From a virus: 64,000 bases of DNA. The DNA is taken from positions 7,823-71,822 of IMG/VR virus record IMGVR_UViG_3300037502_001442; one strand, written 5' to 3'. Every line of letters begins with the position of its first letter. The first letter of the stretch is position 1. The notes beneath the pieces are model-generated. The model saw nothing but the letters and a program-made list of their open reading frames with translations. It was not told where the DNA came from and did not search any database. Below, piece after piece: positions 38,536-48,855 of the stretch. The position numbers and the translations under genes are program-made.

Positions 38536-38821
38536 CGACATTGTGACCCGACTACGGGAGAATTGCGACACCGTTTGTAAGTACGCAACTGTAAACGAGT
38601 TCGTGCCGTGCGAGGTGTGCGAGGCCGCTGATGAGATTGAACAGTTGCGCTCCATGTTGCGCCATGTCCTCGGCAATAATGCCTTTGACCCTGACGACGA
38701 CTGCCCCCAATGTCGTCAAATCATGGTGCGTTACGGAAACATTATTTGGCACACACCAATACCTGATTCAGAACAGGACAAGGCTCAGCCAATGATTTTT
38801 CAGCAAGAAAGAGATGCCTAA
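38528..38821 (+). CDS. Same family, copy 2 (Cys-rich)
   Basis: 'SDDIVTRLR...EAADEIEQLR'; GTG start. Confidence 0.7.
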   Translation: MSDDIVTRLRENCDTVCKYATVNEFVPCEVCEAADEIEQLRSMLRHVLGNNAFDPDDDCPQCRQIMVRYGNIIWHTPIPDSEQDKAQPMIFQQERDA

Positions 38822-39024
38822 TGACTGATGACATTTTGACCCTGCTTCGTAAGTACCAACCGTACAGCAAACTTCACGGACAAGCCGCTGATGAGATTGA
38901 ACGCCTACGGGCAGAAAACGAGCGCCTACGCACAGAGGTTGCTCGTCTTGGTTCATTCATTCACCCCATCGGAACAATCACATGCGGAATAGTTGGCGAC
39001 GAGGCAGAGCATGGCCCAAGGTGA
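38821..39024 (+). CDS. Same family, copy 3
   Basis: 'MTDDILTLLR...QAADEIERLR'. Confidence 0.7.
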   Translation: MTDDILTLLRKYQPYSKLHGQAADEIERLRAENERLRTEVARLGSFIHPIGTITCGIVGDEAEHGPR

Positions 39025-39193
39025 AGACCACGGTGCCGAAATCGGTGCGAAGTTCAAGCGTTGGGGCGAAATGAACGAAGCCGAACAAGACGCCATCTGC
39101 GCGAAAATGGCGCTGGACTGGAAGGGCAACCTGATGGCAGGCTATGCCACCATCCACTACCACGATAGGAGAGACCGTGGGGAACAAAAGTAA
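39011..39193 (+). CDS. Hypothetical protein
   Basis: MAQGEDHG...; overlaps both neighbours. Confidence 0.45.
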   Translation: MAQGEDHGAEIGAKFKRWGEMNEAEQDAICAKMALDWKGNLMAGYATIHYHDRRDRGEQK

Positions 39194-39542
39194 GGCCAAG
39201 GGCACAGCCTTTGAAACTCTGATCAAGAACTATCTCGTCAATAAAGGTTTCATCCATGCCCACAGGACAGCACTAGAGGGCGGTCAGGACAAGGGGGACA
39301 TCCATGGCATCGCGCACAGGATGACGCGCCGAAAGGTAGCCGTTCAATGCAAGAACCAGAAATCTTTCAACCTCAGCGGCTGGCTCAATGATACGGTCGA
39401 GCAGGCAGAGAGGTTGAACAACGCAGTTCCCATTCTGGTCGTAAAGAGGCCAGGAAAAGGGGAAAAAGCCGTCGGTGACTCGTACGCCGTGATGCGGTTA
39501 GATGACTTGGTTCAACTCCTACAGGACGCAGATTTCACCTAA
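39177..39542 (+). CDS. Holliday junction resolvase (Hjc-like PD-(D/E)XK)
   Basis: 'NKSKAKGTAFE', 'DKGDI', 'VQCKN', 'LVVKRPG'; GTG start after AGGAG. Confidence 0.75.
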   Translation: MGNKSKAKGTAFETLIKNYLVNKGFIHAHRTALEGGQDKGDIHGIAHRMTRRKVAVQCKNQKSFNLSGWLNDTVEQAERLNNAVPILVVKRPGKGEKAVGDSYAVMRLDDLVQLLQDADFT

Positions 39543-39570
39543 ACTAATAGGGACACAACAAGGAGTCCCT

Positions 39571-39861
39571 ATGTCACAAGAACTAAACAACGTTATTGGC
39601 GATGTCCTGAAAGTTTCAGGCTCCAGCAACCCGCAGTCCGTGGGTTCACTGCTGGCACGATCTGTTACCGCAGGGCAGACCCCCAAGTTACGCGCCATCG
39701 GCGCCTCTGCTGTCAATCAGGCTGTCAAAGCGGCCGCGATTGCCCGAGGCTTTGTCGCTCCGAGAGGCATCGACCTTCTTTTCGTCGTTGGCTTCGACGA
39801 CATTGAGGGTGAAAACGGCGAAACCATTTCTGCGATATCATTAAAGCCAGTTATCAAGTAA
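39571..39861 (+). CDS. spoVS: SpoVS-family protein
   Basis: 'LKVS..SNP.SV......RAIGASAVNQAVKAAAIARGFVAP.G.DL....F.DI' SpoVS signature; AAGGAG RBS. Confidence 0.9.
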   Translation: MSQELNNVIGDVLKVSGSSNPQSVGSLLARSVTAGQTPKLRAIGASAVNQAVKAAAIARGFVAPRGIDLLFVVGFDDIEGENGETISAISLKPVIK

Positions 39862-39870
39862 GGAGTTGCC

Positions 39871-41446
39871 ATGGCACTGCAAGCACTAGCCGCCGTGGGT
39901 CTTCGGGCCGTCGCTGGACAAGTCGCCAAGAAGGCCGCTACGCAAGTGGCGACCAAGGCCGCTACTGGTGCGGCCGCTGAGGGAGCCGCTGGAGCAACCG
40001 CAAGTGGCGCCTCCTCTGGCATGAGCGGAACCATCATGCGTTCTGCCAAGACCTTTGGACGTGGTCTGAACTTTGCCGAGTTTGGTGGCGGAGCAGAGAC
40101 GCCTTCCCAGCCCATGCAACCCATGCAGTCTGCTAGCCCCGCTGGCGGGCAGATTTATAACACTGCTCAGAACGTTCTGGGCAGTTCTGCACCTACAACT
40201 TTAGATGACAATGATCAAGCGAGGTTTGGCTGATGTCTATTACTGGCCCCGACGGCAAGCGCCGTACACGTAGCAACGGCTCTGGAGCAGGTCGCGGTGA
40301 CAACCCGCACCGAGTCACTGGCACCTATCTGGGGTACTCCCACAGTGGTGGCCCCAGCCATGACCCGAGCAGTTACACCCACCTGTTCTCCTCCCCCACT
40401 GGCGGTGAGTCGGACAGCATCGAGCAGTCGTACGGAAGCCACAAACCCAATCTAGAGGTGGGCAAGAAGTACAATCTAGACATGCGTCCTACCAAGGGCC
40501 CCAATAGCGCCCCCGATCCTGCGTACTGACGCCAATGCCCAAGGGTCTTGATACCAGCAGGAGTCTGAACCGCAGGCCCCCTTCCCGCGACCTAGTCGAG
40601 GCCGCTTCTCGTGCACGCGCCCACGGAGGTCGTGTTCTGGCTGATAAGCGGACTGGTGAAATGCACATTGTGAGCCCTGCTGGCTCCAAGTGGGGGTCGT
40701 ACGACCAGACGGTAAACCACCTTCGAGGTGGGGATCTTCGTCGTGTGAATGGCGACGATGACATCGTTGACATCACGGACACCTTCGATGGCGACCGCTA
40801 AGAACCCCCGCTCTCGGTCGCGCACTCAGCAAAGGTACGCCCGTAAGCAGGCAGTCAAGAAGAGCGCTCGCCCCGTCTCTATTGTCGGTGGCGGTCAGGG
40901 TGGCATCCTGAGCCCGTCTGGTAACGCTGGGAGTTTCTGGGGCTAATGGCTCAGCAGACCCCCACCTTCGCCAACTGGAACACCCCAGAGCAGGCTCCTG
41001 GAGTAGGTACTCAGGTTACGTTTGGCCCTGAGCCGTTCTTCCGCAACTCCAAGGATCAACTTCTCACTGGCTTCAGAACAGCAGTAGACGCCCAGTACCC
41101 CGACGGGTATCTGGGTACCATGTCTGCCAACCGTAGACAGGACAAGGTCCTCGGCACCCTGAGCCGTATGAACGCCCGCCAATACAGCCGAGGCGTTCAC
41201 AAGGGAGAGCGCATCAACACGGGCGATTACTTTTGGCCCGAGGAGTTTGGTAAGTACACGGGCATCCAATTGGAGGCCGCTGGTCTCAAGTTTGCCCCTC
41301 CTGGAGCCGAGCCTGTGCGACTCACCAACGACGGCAAGGTTGGCCCCCGAGGCATCCCCCGCAGTATCGACGACGGCGAGCAAGCATCCCAGATCAGTCC
41401 CGAGATGCGTTCTAGGCTCAAGTCGCTGGCCCCGCGCTGGCGCTAA
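39871..41446 (+). other. Five small hypothetical CDSs (39871-40233, 40233-40529, 40535-40801, 40788-40946, 40946-41446)
   Basis: Tightly packed or coupled + strand ORFs, A/G/S/P-rich, no family recognised. Confidence 0.6.
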
Positions 41447-41464
41447 ATAGTCTAAAATAGCCTC

Positions 41465-44246
41465 ATGGCATATCGTTACGGGGACAACGGAGAGTACAGG
41501 GACCCACACGACGGTCTCAATATCTTTAGGACCCCCCGCAAGCACGACGGCGGTAACTGGTACCTCCCCCAGATGCCTGACAACAACAACCCTGACTTTG
41601 GTCCGTACAAGGACGGGCGTGACCCGTTCAACGGTGGATCAGGAGGGGCTCGTGTTCCCCGTAGGCCCAAGACCCCCGCAGGCGGAGGCGGTATGAAGAT
41701 GGAGGTAGGCCGTGAGTGACCCTTTTGCCGACCCGTTCAAGGACACTGGTTCCCTTTCCTCCCGTCTACATGGGTTCATCGGCAGTGTAGGTTCACACGC
41801 ATCTTCGCATCATGTCGAGCACTTCAAGGCTCGTGCCCAGCAGGTGGGAGGACAGGCGGCTCAGCAGGCTACACAACTGGGTGGACAGGCGGCTGATCGC
41901 GCCGTCGGATTCGCGGCTGACAACCCCGACACCATGGAGAGGGCTGGCGAGAAAATGGGAGAGCGCATTGGTCGTGCGGCTATCCCTGTCCCCTTTGTCG
42001 GAAAGAAGATCGGCGGAGCCGTCGGTCGTCGCGTCGGCCGTTCCCTGAGCGAGAGCGCACAGGCACGCACTGGTGGTGCTCCGCAAGGATCGCAACCGTT
42101 TGACAGTGCTGACCCGTTCGGCGGTGTGGACTTGTCGCGTAGCACGCACAGCGAGCCCAGCATGGCGTATGACCCCAGTGATCCGTTCGCTGGTAGCCCG
42201 TCTTCTCCGCAGGGCGGTTCTTCTGGTATGGGATACGACGCCAGTAGCGATCCGTTTGCTGGTTCCCAGCCCGCACAGCAGGAAGAGGCTCCCAAGAAGA
42301 AGATGTTTGGTCGCAAGAAGAAGGAAGCAGACGCTGGACAGCAGTGGACTGCCCCCGATGACCCGTTCGCGTAAGTAATGCCTCAGTACCCCGCACGCCC
42401 TTGGCAGTCCCGACAGGAGATGCTCGTAGATCAAGCACTCCAGTCTGCCATCTCTGACCCTGAGACCATCAGGGCGATTCGCCCTGTCGTGCCTCAGCAA
42501 CTGTTCCCGCAGAACAGGGGAATGGCAAAGCAGGAGATGGGCGTTGCAGAAGTGCTCACCGTCGACCGACGCTTCCCGACCTACCGTTCGTGGATTTCTG
42601 GCGCCCCTGTTATGTTCCGTAACGGCTTTATGGACGACAACTTCTCCAGTAGCAGTCGCTACTCCATGCAGGGGCTCTGGACCTGATGGCCTCTCGTCGC
42701 GGTCAGGGCATTTGGACTGAGGGCCCCAACGTCCCCTTCACCACCTACAAGATGCCCGAGGTCAACAAGCCAGCGGTAGTCCCTCCCCCGAACGTCAACT
42801 CTGGTGCTACCCGTAACTATGGGAGTACTCCAGACAACTTAAACACTGTTTCTAGCAGGTACAGGCCGTATCGACCCCCTATTCGTCAGGCTTTGGCCTA
42901 CCTATCCGAAGAGGTCGAGTATCTCGACCCTAACACTGGTCTCCTCTATCACGGACGCCCTCCGAGTGGTTCTAGGGGTACTTCGGGGCAACCTCCCGCT
43001 ACCTCAGGCCCCTCATCTCGACTGGGTCAACGCTCAAACCCGTTGCCTTTCCCTAGTGGTTCTCCCGCTGGTTCTGCTGGTGCCCCAGCACCCCCGACCC
43101 CTGGTGGCGCCACGCAACCCACGTGGACTTCCATGCCCCCCGTTTCTGGGACACAATCCATGCCTGCCCCGCCGAAGAAGACCACCAAGACCAGTCCCTT
43201 TGGGCTACCCCCGCTGAAAGGGTCAGAGCAAGAAGACCCCTTTATCGCGCAGATCCGAGGGGCAGAGCCTAAGCCCCCCACCCAATGGGCTGGCCCCGAG
43301 GCCACGTCTGATGTTCTTGATCTTACAAAACCATATTCTCCGTCTAAAGCACGAGAGGTAACGGAGGATGCAATCCTTGGTTTTTTGAAACAAGGCGCCA
43401 AACAGGTTGGGCGCAGGCAGGGCTCCAAACGAGCCAAGAGCACCTGATACAATAGGAATATGGCAGTTAACGATTCTCGCTCAATGAACAACGACATGCG
43501 GCTCGGTTCCACCGACGGCAAGTTCAAGTGCCTGACCCCCGACCGTGGAGGCGATGTCGATCCGACTGCGGCCTACGCTCGTATGGAGGTCACCAAGGCA
43601 ATGTTCCCGACTGGTGAGCAATACAGTTTCACTGATCGTCATCCCCTCGCGTCGAAAGGACTCTGAGAATGCCTAAGGGTAAAGACACCCGCCATCATCC
43701 CGACCGCAACGTGCACTTCGCTGGTGACCCGCTTCTCGCGGCCCAGATGCACTTGGTGGACGCCATCAACGCCCCCGTGCGTGCCCAGAACGACGACTTC
43801 CTTCGTCGCGTTGGTGCCATCATGGGAGGCATCTCCGTCGATAGCGACCCGACCCCGCCCCACGGGATTGAGCGCCCCGAACTTTCTGAAGAGGAGTACG
43901 ACTGATCATGGCTACTAACCATCGCGGATACGAAATTCATCCTGGAACCGTCAACTACCGCAACACTCCGCGCTTCGCGGCGGCACTTCGTCGCACTATT
44001 GCAAACACCATGACTGAAAACTTTACTGACGACAGTCTTTATGGTGGCTACGTCGGGGATCATGCAAGCGAGGCGCGAAACTCCGAAAAAGTGCGTAACG
44101 CTGTTGAGGCAAGCATTCCCCTCGACTCCGTCCAGGAGACCATCAACTCGTATCGTAGAGATCGGGACAGGGGTTACCCCAGCATGGTGGATACGACCAC
44201 CATGCACGGCGCCGCTCAATACAGGGGTCGGTATTTCCCCGCTTGA
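41465..44246 (+). other. Seven small hypothetical CDSs (41465-41719, 41712-42374, 42378-42686, 42686-43447, 43460-43666, 43669-43905, 43908-44246)
   Basis: Packed ORFs, several Pro/Gly-rich; TAAAAT and TACAAT boxes a few nt before ATG 41465 and 43460. Confidence 0.6.
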
Positions 44247-44313
44247 TGACAAGCCCTCTACGAGGTTCTTAGTTATCATGTGCTAGCCTACGGCTGGCAC
44301 AAAGGAGCATAAA

Positions 44314-44781
44314 ATGGCTGAGACTGGATACGAGCGCCTGCTCGTCTGCAAGACCCATGGCGTCATGTACAAGATGCGCCCATACGACGGTCCCGCTGAG
44401 TATGATCAGGAACTCAGGGAACTCTGCGAGCGTCATAACGGGCAGGTCCCTGACCCCGACAACTGTCGTGCGATGATCTTTCGCACCGACCCCGAGACCG
44501 CCAAGAACCTTGACCTAGAGACTGCCCTCAAGGGCAAACTCAAGGAGCACGACATCGTCATCAAGGAGATGCGTGACGACCTCAAGGTCGAGGCCCTCAA
44601 GTGCTACAACCGTCACAACCGCCCTCAGGGTGGTTGCTCCGACTGGTGCGACGAGTCCAAGACCATCGGTCGCAAGACTGGCGTCCCCCCTGCTCACCGC
44701 CAGTACCTTTGCATGTACTGCCCCGTGGGCTCATGGGTCGCTGAGCAGGAGCGCATCCAGATGGGGATGTACAACGGATGA
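44314..44781 (+). CDS. Cys/His-rich hypothetical protein
   Basis: AAGGAG RBS; 'CKTH', 'CERH', 'C..H......C', 'YLCMYCP'. Confidence 0.7.
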   Translation: MAETGYERLLVCKTHGVMYKMRPYDGPAEYDQELRELCERHNGQVPDPDNCRAMIFRTDPETAKNLDLETALKGKLKEHDIVIKEMRDDLKVEALKCYNRHNRPQGGCSDWCDESKTIGRKTGVPPAHRQYLCMYCPVGSWVAEQERIQMGMYNG

Positions 44782-45254
44782 TCGTCATGTCGTTTGACGT
44801 TCTCGCCCACGACGGCGAGGACCTTGGGGCGCGTATGCCCACAGACGAGGGCAGGAAACTATGGAACATGATGTTCCCCATGTACGAGGGTCGCATCTGT
44901 GTTCTCGCCACAGGTCTGGACAAGAACAAAACACCTATACTTATGGAGTGGCTCAAGCGAGAGGGCTACAAGGCTGGATCGATTGACCTAACCCATGAAT
45001 CAACTACCGATGCCAAACTGGAGCGTGTACGTAGTCTCCAAGCAGGATACGGACGGATCGACTGGTTCGTCGACACCGACCCGACTCTCGTCGCAAAAGT
45101 TATCCACGAAGGGATTGCCAGCCTCCTTGTCTCCATTCCTAGTTTCGCTAGACCCGAGTGGATCACCAAGCGAGATGTCAAAGGATGGGCAGACCTTACC
45201 GCTGAACTGGAACGCCAAGCCCTTGCCAAAGCCGAGCGAGAGTGGAAGGATTGA
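44778..45254 (+). CDS. HAD-like hypothetical protein
   Basis: 'MSFDVLA...WFVDTDP' degenerate HAD pattern. Confidence 0.5.
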   Translation: MIVMSFDVLAHDGEDLGARMPTDEGRKLWNMMFPMYEGRICVLATGLDKNKTPILMEWLKREGYKAGSIDLTHESTTDAKLERVRSLQAGYGRIDWFVDTDPTLVAKVIHEGIASLLVSIPSFARPEWITKRDVKGWADLTAELERQALAKAEREWKD

Positions 45255-45258
45255 GGGC

Positions 45259-45519
45259 ATGAGCGACTCAAACAACACCCTGTTCCACTCCTTCGACGAA
45301 TGGCTCGAATACGGCATGGACCAAGGCTGGTGCGGTCCCGCTGTGTGCGAGACCCACGACGGCCTTCCCCTGTCCTCCTCTGAAGAGGAAGAGTTCTTCG
45401 AGCAGGGCCTCGACCCCTGCATCCACGTCATCCGCCTCTACGAGGACTTCGAGACGAAGTTTGCGGTCGAGGAGAACCACGCTCCTTCCCAGTGGAGGAA
45501 GCCGAACCGAGGCAAGTAG
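45259..45519 (+). CDS. Conserved hypothetical protein (MSDSNN...WCGPAVCETHDG)
   Basis: In-frame ATG at 45259; 'CETHDG.P....E......DPCIHVIRLY'. Confidence 0.65.
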   Translation: MSDSNNTLFHSFDEWLEYGMDQGWCGPAVCETHDGLPLSSSEEEEFFEQGLDPCIHVIRLYEDFETKFAVEENHAPSQWRKPNRGK

Positions 45520-45522
45520 GCC

Positions 45523-46950
45523 ATGCGGGTCTTCTTCGGAGGGTCTGAGAAGGGCTCTTATCGGTCCATTCTCCTTAGCGCAGGGGTCACGAGGTTCGGC
45601 CTGAACCTGACCCACTTCCCCATCCCCAAGCGCAAGGAGTTGGACCTCGGGGCCCTGTACAAGGGTCATGAGTTGATCCTGTACACCTCCGAGGGGGACG
45701 AGGACGTCGCCAAGTACGACTCCTTCGTGCGGGAGCACATCGACCATTTGACCCATGTCATCGGTCGCCCCGACTACGACGGGCAGTGGATGGAGGACAA
45801 GTACGTCCCTATCTGGAACGACGCCGAGGACCTAGAGAGGCTGGTCTGGCTGTGCCAGAAGCACGCCCGAGTCGCCATCAGCGACAAGGCCATCAACGGC
45901 AAGAACGTGGCCCGCATCGGTCAGATCGGGATGCGCTGGGGCACCCAACTCATCGGCATGACCTCCAAGCCAGACCTCATCGAGAGGATGCCTTGGGAGG
46001 CGGTCGTCGTGGGCTCGTGGTCCAGTTCGATCCGCTACGGCGAGACACAGGTCTGGGACGGGCACACCCTCCACAGGTACCCCGCCCAGCAGAAGGAGAG
46101 CGCCCGTAGGCGTCACCGAGCCGACATCCAGAGGCTTGGGGTTGACTACGAGTCGGTCCTCAATGACGAGGTGAACGCCATCGCCCACCTCGCTGTTGAG
46201 TCATGGAAGGCGTGGGAGACCAAGAACTTTGGGGGCTATGACCCTATGAAAGACGACGACGAGATCGAGTTCGCAGACCCCTCAGAGGGGTCAAACATTA
46301 CTATTTCGGGGCAGGCACCTACTGCTCCAAGTGTGGCACGAGGGGTACCCAACATTACTAATAACCCCCTAGAGATTCGGCACCGAAACGACAAAACATT
46401 ACTACCAGTGATGGGGGTCGAGCAGATCACCTCGTTCGGTTCGCAAAACGTTGATTCTGAAGGGGAATCTATTGAAGTTGACCCCGAGAGGGTGCCTGTA
46501 ATCAGGTACAACGCGAACCCTTTGAGGCAGTGCAATCATTGCTATTTGGCGAGCCGTTGTCCGCAATTTCAAGAGAACTCTGACTGTGCGTTTTCTTTGC
46601 CTGTCGAGATCAGGACCAAGGACCAACTCAACGCGGCCATGCGTGCGCTCGTCGAGATGCAGGTGGGCCGAGTCATGTTCGCCCGCTTCGCTGAGGAACT
46701 GGAGGGGCAGGGTCTGGACAGCACACTGTCGTCCGAGATGGATCGGTTCTTTGACATGATCGAGAAGATGCGGGACATCTCAGACACCCGTGACACCGTT
46801 CGTTTCGAGGTTGAGGCCCGAGGGTCCAGCGGTGTCCTGTCCCGACTCTTCGGCGCCAAGGCTGGCGAGCAGGCTCGGCAACTGCCCAACGGCGGGATGA
46901 GCCCCGAAGCCACCGACGCCATGTACGCCGAGATCATCGACGAGGAGTAG
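45523..46950 (+). CDS. Degenerate tRNA-guanine transglycosylase (TGT/DpdA)-like protein with C-terminal Cys cluster
   Basis: 'VPIWN', 'LIGMT.KPD.....PWEAVVVGSW...IRYG' resemble phage TGT-like barrels; 'CNHCYLASRCP......C'. Confidence 0.45.
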   Translation: MRVFFGGSEKGSYRSILLSAGVTRFGLNLTHFPIPKRKELDLGALYKGHELILYTSEGDEDVAKYDSFVREHIDHLTHVIGRPDYDGQWMEDKYVPIWNDAEDLERLVWLCQKHARVAISDKAINGKNVARIGQIGMRWGTQLIGMTSKPDLIERMPWEAVVVGSWSSSIRYGETQVWDGHTLHRYPAQQKESARRRHRADIQRLGVDYESVLNDEVNAIAHLAVESWKAWETKNFGGYDPMKDDDEIEFADPSEGSNITISGQAPTAPSVARGVPNITNNPLEIRHRNDKTLLPVMGVEQITSFGSQNVDSEGESIEVDPERVPVIRYNANPLRQCNHCYLASRCPQFQENSDCAFSLPVEIRTKDQLNAAMRALVEMQVGRVMFARFAEELEGQGLDSTLSSEMDRFFDMIEKMRDISDTRDTVRFEVEARGSSGVLSRLFGAKAGEQARQLPNGGMSPEATDAMYAEIIDEE

Positions 46951-46960
46951 GTTCTATACG

Positions 46961-46990
46961 TTGACGCGGGGATACCCCTGTGGGTAAACT
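46961..46990 (+). promoter_or_regulatory. Sigma70-type promoter, leaderless start of rmlB
   Basis: TTGACG-18 nt-TAAACT, with ATG 7 nt downstream (46998) and no SD. Confidence 0.65.
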
Positions 46991-46997
46991 CCGCGCC

Positions 46998-48023
46998 ATG
47001 TCTAAAACTGTCTTAGTTTCTGGTGGCTGTGGGTTCGCAGGGCACCACCTCGTCGAGCACCTTCTGGAGAACACCGATTGGGAGATCGTCGTTCTGGACT
47101 CCCTGACCTATGCGGGCAGGGTCGACCGCCTCACCGACATGGTGGGCTACGACCCCAAGCGGGTCTCCATCCTCTGGCATGACCTTCGGTCCCCCATCCC
47201 GAGCCATTTCCCCGACGTCAACTACATCCTCCACCTCGCGGCTGAGTCCCATGTGGAGCGCTCAATCACCAACCCCGTCCCGTTCGTGCACAACAACGTG
47301 ATGGGCTCCACCCACATGGTGGACTGGGCCCGCAATCTGGACAATCTGGAGCACATCGTCCAAATCTCGACCGACGAGGTCTACGGACCCGCCCCCGAGG
47401 GTTACGCCCACCGAGAGTGGATCGACCCCATGATCCCCTCCAACCCGTACTCGGCCTCCAAGGTCGCTCAGGAGGCGGTCGCCATCTCGTACTGGCGCAC
47501 CTTCGGTCTCCCACTCACCATCACGAACACGATGAACCTGTTCGGTGAGCGTCAGGACCTCGAGAAGTTCATTCCCATGACCATCAAGGCAGTGGCTGAG
47601 GGCAGGCCCGTGCACCTCCACGCCAAGATCGTCGACGGTGAGCCCATCTTTTCCTCGCGCCATTGGCTCCACGCTCGTAACCACGCTGACGCTCTGCTGT
47701 GGATTCTGCGGGAGACCAAGCCGTTCCTTTACGGAGACCCCGCCAACCTGTCTGACCCGACCCCTCGACCCAACCGCTGGAACGTCTCTGGCGAGGAGAT
47801 GGACGTGCGGGAGGTCGCCCTCCTCATCGGCTCCTTCTTCGGTAAGGAGACCGTGCCCTACACCTACGAGGACTACCACACGAGCCGTCCAGGTCATGAT
47901 CACCGCTATGCGCTGGACAACTCCAAGATCCTCTCCGCTGGCTGGCGCCCCCCGCTGACCATGGCGGATGCCCTTGAGAGGGCTGTCAAGTGGACCATGA
48001 ACAACACGAAATGGATGCAGTGA
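46998..48023 (+). CDS. rmlB: dTDP-glucose 4,6-dehydratase
   Basis: 'GGCGFAG', 'LDSLTYAG', 'HLAAESHVERSI', 'STDEVYG', 'PYSASK', 'RPGHDHRYA'. Confidence 0.9.
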   Translation: MSKTVLVSGGCGFAGHHLVEHLLENTDWEIVVLDSLTYAGRVDRLTDMVGYDPKRVSILWHDLRSPIPSHFPDVNYILHLAAESHVERSITNPVPFVHNNVMGSTHMVDWARNLDNLEHIVQISTDEVYGPAPEGYAHREWIDPMIPSNPYSASKVAQEAVAISYWRTFGLPLTITNTMNLFGERQDLEKFIPMTIKAVAEGRPVHLHAKIVDGEPIFSSRHWLHARNHADALLWILRETKPFLYGDPANLSDPTPRPNRWNVSGEEMDVREVALLIGSFFGKETVPYTYEDYHTSRPGHDHRYALDNSKILSAGWRPPLTMADALERAVKWTMNNTKWMQ

Positions 48024-48238
48024 TGGTTGACCACAACGCTATGAAAGAGGCGATTGCTAACGCCACTCGACATGAGTACTCCACCTTCTCGGTCGTTTCT
48101 CTGAAGGACGGCACCTACCTGATCGTCAAGGACAGCCGTAGTTTCGGGTGTGACTATGACGAGGTTGCCTCCACCACCAACGTCTACATGGCGCAGGACA
48201 TCTGTCAATTGCTCAACATCAAGGAGGGCCTCAAGTGA
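48023..48238 (+). CDS. Hypothetical protein
   Basis: TGATG-coupled to rmlB. Confidence 0.55.
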   Translation: MVDHNAMKEAIANATRHEYSTFSVVSLKDGTYLIVKDSRSFGCDYDEVASTTNVYMAQDICQLLNIKEGLK

Positions 48239-48855
48239 GAAGCAGAGTCATCACCGACGTTGCGATTGACCTCGATGGAGTCGTGTTTGACTTTGCTGAG
48301 TCTGCCACGTTCTATTTCTCTCGTCACCTGAACAAGTCCCTTCCGCGACCCACGACGTGGGAGTTCTACACCGACTGGGGTCTTGAGGCGTGGGAGTTCT
48401 ACACGATGCTGGACGAGTTGACCGAGGAGCACGACATCTACGACTCGGGCGCCCCCCTGCAAAACACAATCGAGGGCTGGAACTCCCTTGTCACTCAGGG
48501 AGTGAACATCCACGTGATCACCCACAGGTCACCGAGGGCATACACCCAGACCTGTCGCTGGTTGGAGAGGTTCAACATGTTGGCCGACAGCCTGCACTTC
48601 ACTGGCAACAAGCCAGAGACCCTGCACGCCTGCGCCGTCGGTGGTGGGGCACTCGCGGCCATCGACGACAACATCCACCAGTACGACGCCTACATCAAGA
48701 ACGGCGTCAAGGCGTACTTGTACACCCAGCCGTGGAACTCCCGTGCCGTGAACGCTTCTCGTGTCTCGGACCTCATGGAGTTCGCTGAGGCCGTCCGTAT
48801 CAACAACGACTTCTGGCACAACCCGCACGTACTCGACAATCTGGAGGTCTTCTGA
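48235..48855 (+). CDS. HAD-superfamily 5'(3')-deoxyribonucleotidase-like protein
   Basis: 'IDLDGVVFDF', 'VITHR', 'IDD', 'QPWN'. Confidence 0.8.
   Translation: MRSRVITDVAIDLDGVVFDFAESATFYFSRHLNKSLPRPTTWEFYTDWGLEAWEFYTMLDELTEEHDIYDSGAPLQNTIEGWNSLVTQGVNIHVITHRSPRAYTQTCRWLERFNMLADSLHFTGNKPETLHACAVGGGALAAIDDNIHQYDAYIKNGVKAYLYTQPWNSRAVNASRVSDLMEFAEAVRINNDFWHNPHVLDNLEVF

Noticed and set aside
38290-39024. Diversity-generating retroelement behind the variable mini-genes
   Set aside because: No reverse transcriptase and no template/variable repeat pair with adenine-specific differences
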